From: a bacterium
GTDB taxonomy: Bacteria; Zhuqueibacterota; QNDG01; JAFGCO01
Direction of reading: 5' to 3'
Assembly (NCBI GenBank): GCA_016930535.1
Contig: JAFGGN010000037.1
Coordinates: 66,529-130,528 of the forward strand
DNA: 64,000 bases
This document shows, piece by piece, positions 30,904-40,230 of this stretch (positions are counted from its first letter, which is position 1; every line of letters begins with the position of its first letter). The notes beneath the pieces are model-generated. The model made no database searches and was not told the origin of the DNA. It was given only the letters and a program-made list of their open reading frames with translations. A program made the position numbers and the translations under genes.

Positions 30904-31323
30904 CTATTTTCCAATCAGTTGAACGGGAATTTTTCGTTGCCTTGACCGGTTATCGCAATCCACAAACACAATCTGCTGCCAGGTTCCCAGCAGCATGCGG
31001 CCCGAAATAAAAGGAACCGTCAGCGATGCCCCGATCAGGGCCGCCCGGACATGTGAATGGCCGTTTCCGTCACCCCAGGTGGCATCATGATGATAATGCG
31101 CCCCTTCCGATGCGATTCTGTCCAGGGTCTCGGGGATATCCCGGAGCAGTCCCGGTTCGTATTCAATCGTGGTCACCGCAGCCGTGGCGCCTGTGGCAAA
31201 TACGGTCAACTGGCCTTCCTGCATGCCGCTTTTCGTCAGGATTTCATGAATCTGCGGCGTGATATCGACAATATCACTGTGGCCGCGTGTTGAAATCTGA
31301 ACGAATCCGGTTTGGATATTCAT
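30904..31323 (-). CDS. yjbQ: YjbQ/UPF0047 family protein
   Basis: NGHSHVRA and LGTWQQI..D. Confidence 0.9.
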   Translation of the reverse strand: MNIQTGFVQISTRGHSDIVDITPQIHEILTKSGMQEGQLTVFATGATAAVTTIEYEPGLLRDIPETLDRIASEGAHYHHDATWGDGNGHSHVRAALIGASLTVPFISGRMLLGTWQQIVFVDCDNRSRQRKIPVQLIGK

Positions 31324-31389
31324 GAATTATTTCGCTCCAGCATTATTACGCCTTATTGAATGAACACGATTGATACAATGATCTAAGGA

Positions 31390-32349
31390 TCATTGTATCA
31401 ATTTGGCAATTTCATCCGAGTCGCCGAATGTACGGACGTACCGGTCGATGAACTGTTCCAGCCCGTAATGATGACTTTGCGGGCCATCCGTTTCCAGTAC
31501 GTACGCTGCGGCCAGGCTGCCCATACGGCCTGCTGTTTCCCAGGTAAACCGATGAATCAATCCCTTCATCAATCCCGCCCGGAACGCATCTCCCACACCG
31601 GTAGGATCGAGAACCGTTTCCGGCCTGGCAATGGGGATATCGACCGTGTTTGCCGGCAGACAGATCCTTGCCCCCTTTTCTCCAAGCGTAACGATGAGCG
31701 TTTCACACAATCCGAACAGGTCCTGCTCGCCCATGCCTGTTTTATCAAGAAAAAGGCCGTATTCGTATTCATTGAGAATGAGTATCTGAGAGCCCTGAGC
31801 AAGCTGCTTCAGCTGCTCTCCATCGAACCGCGCGATCTGCTGACCCGGATCGCATATGAATTTTGTTGTCAGGCTGCGGCACTCCTCTGCCAGCATGATC
31901 ATGGCTTCCGGATCATTGGGAGAAACAATCACGAGATCGTCCAATGCGACGCCCTGGGATTTTAATGTGACCTGTTTCGCATATTGCATGGCGCCGGTAT
32001 AAAAACTGCAGATCTGATTTCCCGCCTGATCCGTATTGGCGAAAAAGGAAGCTGTAAATGCCTCAGGAAAAACGATGGCACCCTGGGTATCCACGCCTGC
32101 ACCCGTCAAAAACCGGCGATAATCCTCAAAATCCCGGCCGACCGCACCCACAAGCAGCGGTTTCTCCCCGAGCAGGGCCAGACTGTAGGCGATATTGGCC
32201 GCTGTTCCGCCCTGCTGTTTCTTCATGCTGTCCACCAGAAAACTCAGACTGATATGATCGAGTTTGTCCGGCAGAATGTGTTCCGTAAATTGCCCCGGAA
32301 AAGTCATCAGGTAATCGGTTGCGATGGATCCTGTAATCACAAGCTTCAC
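31390..32349 (-). CDS. PfkB-family kinase, mycobacterial-type adenosine kinase-like
   Basis: TGSIATDYLMTFPG..LSFLV, GGTAANIA, DPGQQ and DPTGVGDAFRAG; GTG start. Confidence 0.85.
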   Translation of the reverse strand: MKLVITGSIATDYLMTFPGQFTEHILPDKLDHISLSFLVDSMKKQQGGTAANIAYSLALLGEKPLLVGAVGRDFEDYRRFLTGAGVDTQGAIVFPEAFTASFFANTDQAGNQICSFYTGAMQYAKQVTLKSQGVALDDLVIVSPNDPEAMIMLAEECRSLTTKFICDPGQQIARFDGEQLKQLAQGSQILILNEYEYGLFLDKTGMGEQDLFGLCETLIVTLGEKGARICLPANTVDIPIARPETVLDPTGVGDAFRAGLMKGLIHRFTWETAGRMGSLAAAYVLETDGPQSHHYGLEQFIDRYVRTFGDSDEIAKLIQ

Positions 32350-32442
32350 TGAACATCTCCTATGTTAACACATTTCAGGACGTATTGAAAATGCGGCGGG
32401 AAACTGCGCCAGGGATCATGTATGACTTTGCCAAATAAAAAC

Positions 32443-34110
32443 CTACATGCGCTCCGGCCGTGATATTCCCAGTATATCGAGTCCATTCGCCAGGACGATG
32501 CGTGTCGCGCGGCACAGGTCAAGCCGGGCCTGTGTCGTTTCACGGTTGCTGCTTACCACACGCAAGGTTTCATCCACCTTGCCTGCATGCTGGAACCGGT
32601 GATACGTGGTCGCCACATTCTCAAGATACGTTGGCAGACGATGGGGCTCCAGATGCTCTGCGGCCGAACTGACAACTCTCGGAAAATCCAGCAAAATTTT
32701 TATCAGTTCCAGTTCTTCTTCAGATGTCAGCAACGTCGGATCGCCGACAAGGTCCGTATCGTATCCCTGTTCCTCCGCGTGCCGCAGTATACTGCATATA
32801 CGCGCGTGGGCATATTGTATATAGTACACGGGATTTTCATCCGATTGTGTTTTAGCCAGGGTCAAATCAAAATTCAGATGGGCGGAGGCCGAACGGTTGA
32901 GAAAGAAATAACGGGTTACATCCACGCCGACTTCATCCATAAGCTCATCCAATGTGACGAAATTGGCCTTGCGTGTGGACATTTTAATTTTTTCCCGGCC
33001 TTCCGTCAATGTCACGAATTGGTGGATCAGCACACGGACCCTGCTGTCGTCATACCCCAATGCCCTCATCCCGGCAAGCACATCCGGATAAGTGGCAATA
33101 TGATCGGCTCCGAAAATATCGATGATGATGTCAAAGCCCCGGTCGATTTTATCCCTGTGATAGGCCAGATCCGGCAGACGGTAAGTCGGTTCGCCCGTGG
33201 ACTTGACGATCACGCGATCCTGATCCAGACCCAGATCCGTGGCCTTCAGCCAAACAGCGCCATCCTGGTCATAGGCCAGGCCCCGTTTTCGCAGTTCCTT
33301 GATCACCGCATCGATTTTACCCGTTTCATACAGGGATTTTTCATTGTAATACACATCGAAATGTATCCCCATTCGCTCCAGTGTGGATCGGATATCGTCA
33401 AAAATGGCCTTTTCAGCGGATTCCCTGAAACAGGCGTCATCCTTAAATGCCTCGTCCTGCAGAGATGCGCCTTTCCTTTGGGCAAGCTCCCGGGCGATAT
33501 CCCGTATATAATCTCCCTGATAGTAATCGTCCGGAAATTCGACGGACATACCCAGTTGTTCCAGATAACGGAGACGGACTGAATCGGCCAGAACACGCAT
33601 TTGCCGGCCCGCATCATTGAAATAATATTCCCGTGTCACATCATGACCGGTGGCTTCCAGAAGACGTGCAACCGTGTCGCCCAAAACGGCCTGACGTCCA
33701 TGTCCGATAGTCAGCGGCCCCGTGGGATTGGCGCTGACAAATTCGATCTGTGTTTTTTTGTTTCCTCCCCAATCAGCGGTTCCATAGGCCTCCTGCTGAA
33801 GAACAATCTCCTTCAGCCCCTCATATAAAATACTGTCGCTGAAAGTAAAATTGATAAATCCGGGGCCTGCAATATCCACACGCGCCACCAGTTCCGGATC
33901 CAGATCCATTCCATTCACAATCTCCGACGCGAGCTGCCGGGGATTGCGTCCGGATTGCGATCCAAGTACAAGTGCAATATTGGTTGCAAGATCCCCATGA
34001 TCCTTTTGCTTGGGGGCCGTCAGATCAATATCGAACCCCTGATTCTGTTCCGGCAGGATTTCCTTCAACGTCGTCTGAATTGCGTTCTGAATATAACTTT
34101 TGACATTCAT
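32443..34110 (-). CDS. argS: Arginine--tRNA ligase
   Basis: GPGFINF, EFVSANPTGPLTIGH, KMSTRKA and YIQYAHAR. Confidence 0.96.
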   Translation of the reverse strand: MNVKSYIQNAIQTTLKEILPEQNQGFDIDLTAPKQKDHGDLATNIALVLGSQSGRNPRQLASEIVNGMDLDPELVARVDIAGPGFINFTFSDSILYEGLKEIVLQQEAYGTADWGGNKKTQIEFVSANPTGPLTIGHGRQAVLGDTVARLLEATGHDVTREYYFNDAGRQMRVLADSVRLRYLEQLGMSVEFPDDYYQGDYIRDIARELAQRKGASLQDEAFKDDACFRESAEKAIFDDIRSTLERMGIHFDVYYNEKSLYETGKIDAVIKELRKRGLAYDQDGAVWLKATDLGLDQDRVIVKSTGEPTYRLPDLAYHRDKIDRGFDIIIDIFGADHIATYPDVLAGMRALGYDDSRVRVLIHQFVTLTEGREKIKMSTRKANFVTLDELMDEVGVDVTRYFFLNRSASAHLNFDLTLAKTQSDENPVYYIQYAHARICSILRHAEEQGYDTDLVGDPTLLTSEEELELIKILLDFPRVVSSAAEHLEPHRLPTYLENVATTYHRFQHAGKVDETLRVVSSNRETTQARLDLCRATRIVLANGLDILGISRPERM

Positions 34111-34472
34111 GAATCATCTTCCTGAAAGTGTTCGGCCCGGGCATCGCCCCAGAGCCGTTCAAGTCCGTAAAATTCCCTTGTCTCCTTCTGAAAAACATGG
34201 ACAACGATATCCACGTAATCGATCAGGACCCAGTTATAAAAGGTCGTCCCTTCTTTATGCCATGGTTTCTGACCCTTTTCCCGCATGCCGGTTTCAATGG
34301 CATCGGCAATCGCCTTCACCTGCACATCGGAATCACCATGACAGCAGATAAAATAATCGGTCACATTACTGATGTCCTTCAGATCAAGAAGTACAACATC
34401 TCTGGCCTTCTTCGTAAGCGCCAGTTCAACGATCTGATGAGCTGTCAGTAAAAGGTCAGTATCTTTCACCAT
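34107..34472 (-). CDS. rsfS: Ribosome silencing factor
   Basis: KKARDV, TDYFIIC, WVLIDY and REFYGLERLW. Confidence 0.95.
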   Translation of the reverse strand: MVKDTDLLLTAHQIVELALTKKARDVVLLDLKDISNVTDYFICCHGDSDVQVKAIADAIETGMREKGQKPWHKEGTTFYNWVLIDYVDIVVHVFQKETREFYGLERLWGDARAEHFQEDDS

Positions 34473-35019
34473 CCTGCTCCATTATTTTCCAGCTGCTCAG
34501 TGTTCTGAAATCTTTACCCAGTACCACGGTCGCATCGATCAGATAGACCGCATTGACTTCCTGAAGCACCCCCTCCCTGCCGATTCCCATATCGGCGGCA
34601 AGTCTCATGCTCATCTCCGGAATGCCCTGTCTGTCTATTACGACACTGTGTTCCACATTTCGTGATTCATAATTATCGGTTTTTACTACATCATACCCTT
34701 TGGCTCTCAAAAAATCCGTATATCTGGATGCGATTTTCGGAACATTGCAACCGTTCAGCACTTCGATGCGCATCGTTCGTACAGGCACCGGCTGCGGAGG
34801 ACCTGCGGACTCCTGAATCGATGCAGGCTCACGCGAACATTGACGGAAAACGAAAAATATCAGGACCACATTGATCAAAAGAACAACACCTGTCAATCCT
34901 TTCAACGCCATGCTGCCCCACTGAACAGGATGCCCGTATTCAGACAGGGTCCTTTTTTTTCGTATCTGCGTCGTCGCTTTTTTTAGGGGCTTTGTTCTCC
35001 TTCTTCTTTGAGCGGTCAT
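34456..35019 (-). CDS. LytR C-terminal domain membrane protein
   Basis: Basic N-terminus, one TM, IEVLNG...A and DATVVLGKD. Confidence 0.82.
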   Translation of the reverse strand: MTAQRRRRTKPLKKATTQIRKKRTLSEYGHPVQWGSMALKGLTGVVLLINVVLIFFVFRQCSREPASIQESAGPPQPVPVRTMRIEVLNGCNVPKIASRYTDFLRAKGYDVVKTDNYESRNVEHSVVIDRQGIPEMSMRLAADMGIGREGVLQEVNAVYLIDATVVLGKDFRTLSSWKIMEQDGERY

Positions 35020-35112
35020 CGCCTCTCCTCCCCGTCATACCTGCAAATCCATCCCGGCTTTACCATGCCAGTCAGCGAATACCAGGACAGGCGCCGTACC
35101 GAATGCCTGACC

Positions 35113-35146
35113 ATAAAAAAATGACCGAGACGACAGCGCTCGGTCT
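35113..35146 (-). terminator. Intrinsic terminator
   Basis: GACCGAG/CTCGGTC stem followed by a T run on the minus strand, after the 35182 gene. Confidence 0.65.
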
Positions 35147-35181
35147 GAAAACTCATCATCAATTACATTCAACCTGCGGAT

Positions 35182-35634
35182 CTACCATCGTCCCCAGTAC
35201 GGAGATAATATCGACGAAGGATAACTCTGATAATCGATGCTGATTGTCATGTTTTCCATGGGTTTGTACTGCAAATAAGCGCCCTGAATAAACAGCGAGC
35301 CCTGCTGCGAGGGCATCAGCGAATTGTTTCCGCCGAAAGGCTGATGGAGGTATCCGACGCGCAGCTGCATCAGAAGGGGATCGGAAAACCGGTAGGTCAT
35401 GGTATTCAGATACATGCCCTGATTCATACTCTGTTTGCCCGTTGAAAGAACGGATAAAGAATAACTCTGCGACATATCGAATTTTGCGGGATCGATCAGG
35501 TTCCGTAAAAATCCTTCGGGTTTCAGGCTGAACTCCGATGCATCGAAAACCGAACGGGGCTCAGATGTTTCCTGGGCAAGAATCGGGACCACGACGAGGA
35601 TTACGGGCAGCAGAATCCATATTTTTCGAACCAC
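35182..35634 (-). CDS. Hypothetical secreted beta-rich protein
   Basis: GGAGG RBS, GTG start, signal peptide ending ILA|Q, alternating beta-strand pattern. Confidence 0.7.
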   Translation of the reverse strand: MVRKIWILLPVILVVVPILAQETSEPRSVFDASEFSLKPEGFLRNLIDPAKFDMSQSYSLSVLSTGKQSMNQGMYLNTMTYRFSDPLLMQLRVGYLHQPFGGNNSLMPSQQGSLFIQGAYLQYKPMENMTISIDYQSYPSSILSPYWGRW

Positions 35635-35751
35635 TTCTGTTCCTCCGTTCAATTCAGGTCGTTCATACTAATTAATCAAATTTCGGTATAAAAGTCAACT
35701 TCTTTTTATAATACGCTCTGAACCGGAAATAGATCCCGTCTTCTGATTCAG

Positions 35752-35782
35752 AAAAAAAGGCTGCCCCGAATGGAGCAGCCTT
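35752..35782 (-). terminator. Intrinsic terminator
   Basis: AAGGCTGC...GCAGCCTT stem with T run on the minus strand, just after the 35805 stop. Confidence 0.8.
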
Positions 35783-35804
35783 ATAAGCAGAAATCAAAGA
35801 GTCG

Positions 35805-38348
35805 TTATTGTACCAGTACCATCTTTCGGATTTCCCTGAAGGATCCGGAGGTAATGGAATAGAAATAAACACCGCTCGCCACTTTGTCGCCGTTTTGATT
35901 GGTGCCGTTCCAAACCACGTCATACGTTCCGGCTTCGACGGATTCATTGACCAGAACACGGATGGTCTGTCCATGCACATTGGTCACCGCAATCCGTACA
36001 TCCGCCCTGTTGGGCAGTGCGTAGCGGATGGTCGTTTCCGGGTTGAACGGATTGGGATAGTTCTGATACAGCGCATAGTCTTCGGGCGCGATTTCAGAAT
36101 CCACGGCAGTGCCGCCGCCTGTCACTGTCACGGCATTGGCTGCAACAGCTTCATTGTTGCCTTCATTGCTCTCCGCAACGGAATTGGCCACATCCACGAC
36201 GGCGCAGACATAGTAGTTGCCGGCAGCCTGACCCTGGGGCAGCACATACTCCGCTGTACAATTCTGAGAGGCGCCGGCTGCCAGAGCGGCCACATCCACG
36301 ATGGCGATCTCCACGTCACCGGCATCAATCGTCTGATCAGAACTTAATAGAAGTTTCACTTGTGAAGCGCCTGCATCGCCGTCGCCCTGATTGGCCACCG
36401 TGGCGCTCGCCTGGAGTGTGGAGCCGGCTGACAGGGAGGACGGAGAACCGGCTATCGCCGTACAGGTCAGGTCCGGAACCGGAATTTTTACTGTAACGGC
36501 CGGTGCAACACCGGTGTTGTTGTTCTCGGCATTTTCGTCCACGGCATTGGCGGGATCGACAATGGCACCCACGTAATACGTGCCCTCAGCCTGACCGGCA
36601 GCCATGGCGCCGGTGTTGGTGAATGCCGCTTCCGCGTTGATATCGAGTACAGGAACCGTATTGGTGCCGATGAGCACATCCGCGTCCGTAATTGTGGCGT
36701 CCGTAGACAGGTATACCTTGACTTCGGTTTCTGCAGCGGAGGCCGCGGAACCGACATTCTTCACCTTGCTGTTCACGGTGAACGATTCGCCGGGAGCCAG
36801 CATCACGGGCGTTGCCGCAATCTCGGAAACGATCAGATCCGGTTTCTCGTACTGACGGCGGATCATGACCTTGTCCACGAACGTACCGGTGTCATTGCCC
36901 TGATTGTTGCTGACGAAATTGAAGGCCACATGAATATTCAGTCCCTTCAGGCTGCCCCATCCGGGCCAGGCCATCAGGTCCAGCTGATGGTAGTGCCAGC
37001 CGTCGGTCGGGACGTTGAATTCATATCCCTGCCAGCCCTGGCCGAAGCTGACAAGAACCTTCATCTTGTCCGAACCGTCGTTGACCTTCTGCCAGAACGC
37101 AAAACTCAGATCGGCCTTGTCCACGTCGGTCAGATTGAACGGACCGTAAAGCGCCCAGGCATCCGAATTGAGTGCATACCCGTTCGCAGGATACACGTTC
37201 GGCACACCGTTGTAATTGGCGCCGTTGCACCAGAGGCTGGCCCCGCCTTCAAATGATTTGAAGGTCGTGTTGTCCCAGCTGTAATTGCCGGCACCCGGCG
37301 TCTGCGTCCAGCCTGCGCTCGGGAAATCTCCCTCGAACCCTTCATCCAGTACCACATCCCATCCTGAATACGGTGTCAGCGTGATTTTGGAATCTGCAAT
37401 CACCAGGTTGTTGGTTTCGTCGTCTTCGGAAATGTTGTTCTGCGGATCCAGTATGCCTGCAATATAATAATCCCCGGCCGGCAATGCCAGCGGCGCAAAG
37501 AACCGTTCGGTGAATGAAAACACCTCGCCTGTTTCAAGTGCGGGAACATCCACCTTTCCGAGAATCAGGTCCACCTGGGTATCGATGATGTTGTCCGCTG
37601 AGATGACCACATCCATCTGGGTCGATTGTGCGGGATTGGTCTGCGGATTGGTGATGGAACCCTGGATGAAAAACGCATCGCCTTTCTGATTGGACTGCGG
37701 AGAAAAACCGAATTGGGAAAATGCCAGATCCGGCCAGCCCGTGAAGTATTTGCGTATGGTGACGCTGTCGATAAAGGCGCCGGTGGCCGCACCGGCCGCA
37801 TCGCTCGAAAACTTGAATGCGATATAGACGTCCCGTTTCCACAGCGCGTTGCCCCACGGTCCGTTGCTCAGATCGAATTCCATGCGTTTCCAGCCTTCGC
37901 TGTTGCCGCTGTAGGTGTATCCTTCCCACCCGTTTCCGACATCGACCAGGAATTTCAGCTTGTCATTGTCCGTGATCAGGTGCCACATATAAAAACTGAT
38001 CGTGGCCTGCGTGCAGTTTCTCATATCAATGGGGCCGTAAATGGCATAGGTGCTCATGTTGTTCGCGTAATTGCCATTGGGTGTTCTTGTCGGCGCACCA
38101 TTGAAGGCCTTTCTGGCGCACCAGATACTGTTCACTCCGGATGCGGCCGTATGATTACTGCGGCCCCATGCATAATCGCCGCTTTCCACCACACGGTCCC
38201 ACTTGCCCACTGGAAAATCAATTTCAAAATCTTCTTTCAGCTCATCAATCCAGCCGATGTCCTGTGCGACGATATAAGGAACAGCGACTATCATCGCAAA
38301 TAAGCAGATCATCGTGATTTTCCACTGGTTTCCACTCACCTTTTTCAT
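35805..38348 (-). CDS. Secreted protein: two MAM/cleaved-adhesin-like jelly-roll domains, three CARDB domains and a FlgD-Ig/T9SS-type C-terminal domain
   Basis: Duplicated EDFE/EGFE...YGP...IAF domains; three PDL...YY...DP.N...E..E.NN units; YQNYPNPFNPET...SGVYFY. Confidence 0.82.
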   Translation of the reverse strand: MKKVSGNQWKITMICLFAMIVAVPYIVAQDIGWIDELKEDFEIDFPVGKWDRVVESGDYAWGRSNHTAASGVNSIWCARKAFNGAPTRTPNGNYANNMSTYAIYGPIDMRNCTQATISFYMWHLITDNDKLKFLVDVGNGWEGYTYSGNSEGWKRMEFDLSNGPWGNALWKRDVYIAFKFSSDAAGAATGAFIDSVTIRKYFTGWPDLAFSQFGFSPQSNQKGDAFFIQGSITNPQTNPAQSTQMDVVISADNIIDTQVDLILGKVDVPALETGEVFSFTERFFAPLALPAGDYYIAGILDPQNNISEDDETNNLVIADSKITLTPYSGWDVVLDEGFEGDFPSAGWTQTPGAGNYSWDNTTFKSFEGGASLWCNGANYNGVPNVYPANGYALNSDAWALYGPFNLTDVDKADLSFAFWQKVNDGSDKMKVLVSFGQGWQGYEFNVPTDGWHYHQLDLMAWPGWGSLKGLNIHVAFNFVSNNQGNDTGTFVDKVMIRRQYEKPDLIVSEIAATPVMLAPGESFTVNSKVKNVGSAASAAETEVKVYLSTDATITDADVLIGTNTVPVLDINAEAAFTNTGAMAAGQAEGTYYVGAIVDPANAVDENAENNNTGVAPAVTVKIPVPDLTCTAIAGSPSSLSAGSTLQASATVANQGDGDAGASQVKLLLSSDQTIDAGDVEIAIVDVAALAAGASQNCTAEYVLPQGQAAGNYYVCAVVDVANSVAESNEGNNEAVAANAVTVTGGGTAVDSEIAPEDYALYQNYPNPFNPETTIRYALPNRADVRIAVTNVHGQTIRVLVNESVEAGTYDVVWNGTNQNGDKVASGVYFYSITSGSFREIRKMVLVQ

Positions 38349-38389
38349 TTCGACCTCCTTGAATTTTAATCAATGCGCCTAAGCAATTA

Positions 38390-38418
38390 ATTTTAAAGAG
38401 TATTTTAGTAAAAATCAA
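38390..38418 (-). promoter_or_regulatory. Putative sigma70 promoter of the CARDB gene
   Basis: TTGATT-17 bp-TAAAAT on the minus strand. Confidence 0.55.
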
Positions 38419-38514
38419 GTGTTTTTGCATATTTTTAATATTTTTATAAATTCTGTTTTACTTATATATCACGGCCGGGAATTAAAAATTCGGCCGCACC
38501 GGCCGATAAAACGG

Positions 38515-38543
38515 TTGACAAAATCACATTTTCAGCGTATCTT
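38515..38543 (+). promoter_or_regulatory. Putative sigma70 promoter of the FadL-like gene
   Basis: TTGACA-17 bp-TATCTT. Confidence 0.65.
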
Positions 38544-38598
38544 CTTTTTAAATCATGCTTATTACAATCGTTTGAGAACCAACTGAATGGAGGGCCGT

Positions 38599-40137
38599 AT
38601 GATGCGTAAGTCATTGGTATTTGTAATGGTGTTCGTTTTGGCTGCAGGACTCTATGCAAGCAACGGTACACAAATCGGAACCATCGGTGGCCGGTCCACG
38701 GCCATGGGCAGTGCATTCCGTGGCCTGGCCGATGACTGGAGCGCCGTGTTTTTCAATCCGGCCGGCCTGACACAGCTGGGCGGAAAATTCACACTCGGCG
38801 CCTCACTGGGAACGATTATGCCCCGCGGCAGCTATAAGGCGGCCAACTATTCCATTTATCCGCATCCGGCTCTGAACACGGACGAAGTGGATGCCACGGA
38901 CCAGAATTTTCTCGTGCCCGCGCTGGGCGTGTTCTACAAACCGACGGAGAAACTGGTGTTCGGCCTGGGCGTGTATGCGCCATTCGGTCTGGGTACGGAA
39001 TGGGATCTGATGGCCGTGCCCTATGATTACAGCAAACCGATCGGACCGCTGAATCCGGACCGTCTGACCAAGGAAAACGAACATTACAGCGATCATCAGG
39101 TGATCACGATTCAGCCCACGCTGGCCTATCAGATATCGGACAAACTGTCACTGGGTCTGGGCGCCAGCTACATCATGGGACGTATGGATATCGACCAGGT
39201 GGTTATGGCGATGAATCCGCTGAACGCTGTTGTTGCGCCTGGAATGACGCAATGGCAGGCTGTTCAGTATCAGCTTATGATGGCGGCCGGCCTGGCGTTG
39301 CCCAACCTGACCAGTGATCAGAACCGGCTTCCCGTGGAAAACAGCCTGTCGGGCGACGGCTCGGCCATTGGCGTGAATATCGGCCTGCTCTACAAACCCA
39401 CGGACAAGCTGAGTGTCGGCCTGTCCCTGCGCTACTGCACGGATCTGGCACTGTCCGGTTCCATCAAGCAGGCCTTCATCCTGCCCCTTGACACCACACA
39501 GCTGGCAATTCTGGGCATGATACCGGCCGCGGCCTTTGCCAGTGAAGCGGATCCCACAGGGGAATACACCAAACAGAATCTGATGGGTCCCTTCAGCGGC
39601 ATGCGCCAGGACGCGGAATGGGATGTCGATGCGGATTTACCGCTGCCCATGACCGCCGGCCTGGGACTGGCCTATAAGGCGACTCCGAGTCTGACACTGA
39701 CCGCGGATGCATCGTGGACCAACTGGGCGAGCTGGGATGAAATCATCGTGAAATCGAAAGATGCAAACCAGGACGACCTGGCCATGAAACAGGAATGGAA
39801 AAACACGGTGGAGATCGGTGTGGGCGCCGAATTCATGGTCACACCATGCATGTCCGTTCTGGGCGGGCTCTATACGGTTGATACGCCGTCCCCGGAATCG
39901 ACCATCAGCCCGACCATCCTGGATCCGGCCCGCCGCTGGGTGCTGACCGGAGGCCTGGGGTATAAAAAAGGAAAAATCGGTGTCAATCTGACCGGTGAAT
40001 GGGTCATGTTCCCCGAAAAGGAACTGATCTCCAATGATTATGAATACGATCCGGACACGGGTGCACCCGAGAATTATGCGGGTATCTACAATTTCAAAGC
40101 CTATGTGATCACCCTGGCAACCCAGATCGAACTGTAA
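38599..40137 (+). CDS. OmpP1/FadL-family outer-membrane transporter
   Basis: AMGSA..GLADDWSAVFFNPAGL, GLGVYAPFGL and WTNWASW; signal peptide; long loop insertions. Confidence 0.85.
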   Translation: MMRKSLVFVMVFVLAAGLYASNGTQIGTIGGRSTAMGSAFRGLADDWSAVFFNPAGLTQLGGKFTLGASLGTIMPRGSYKAANYSIYPHPALNTDEVDATDQNFLVPALGVFYKPTEKLVFGLGVYAPFGLGTEWDLMAVPYDYSKPIGPLNPDRLTKENEHYSDHQVITIQPTLAYQISDKLSLGLGASYIMGRMDIDQVVMAMNPLNAVVAPGMTQWQAVQYQLMMAAGLALPNLTSDQNRLPVENSLSGDGSAIGVNIGLLYKPTDKLSVGLSLRYCTDLALSGSIKQAFILPLDTTQLAILGMIPAAAFASEADPTGEYTKQNLMGPFSGMRQDAEWDVDADLPLPMTAGLGLAYKATPSLTLTADASWTNWASWDEIIVKSKDANQDDLAMKQEWKNTVEIGVGAEFMVTPCMSVLGGLYTVDTPSPESTISPTILDPARRWVLTGGLGYKKGKIGVNLTGEWVMFPEKELISNDYEYDPDTGAPENYAGIYNFKAYVITLATQIEL

Positions 40138-40150
40138 ACGACACCTCGTT

Positions 40151-40199
40151 AAAATAAGGGGGCTGCCTGAGAAAATCCCGGGCAAGCCCCCTTTTATTT
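40151..40199. terminator. Bidirectional intrinsic terminator
   Basis: AAGGGGGCT...AGCCCCCTT stem with A/T tails, between convergent genes. Confidence 0.78.
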
Positions 40200-40230
40200 G
40201 TCTCTAAACACCGTCCCCGGACGGCCAGTC

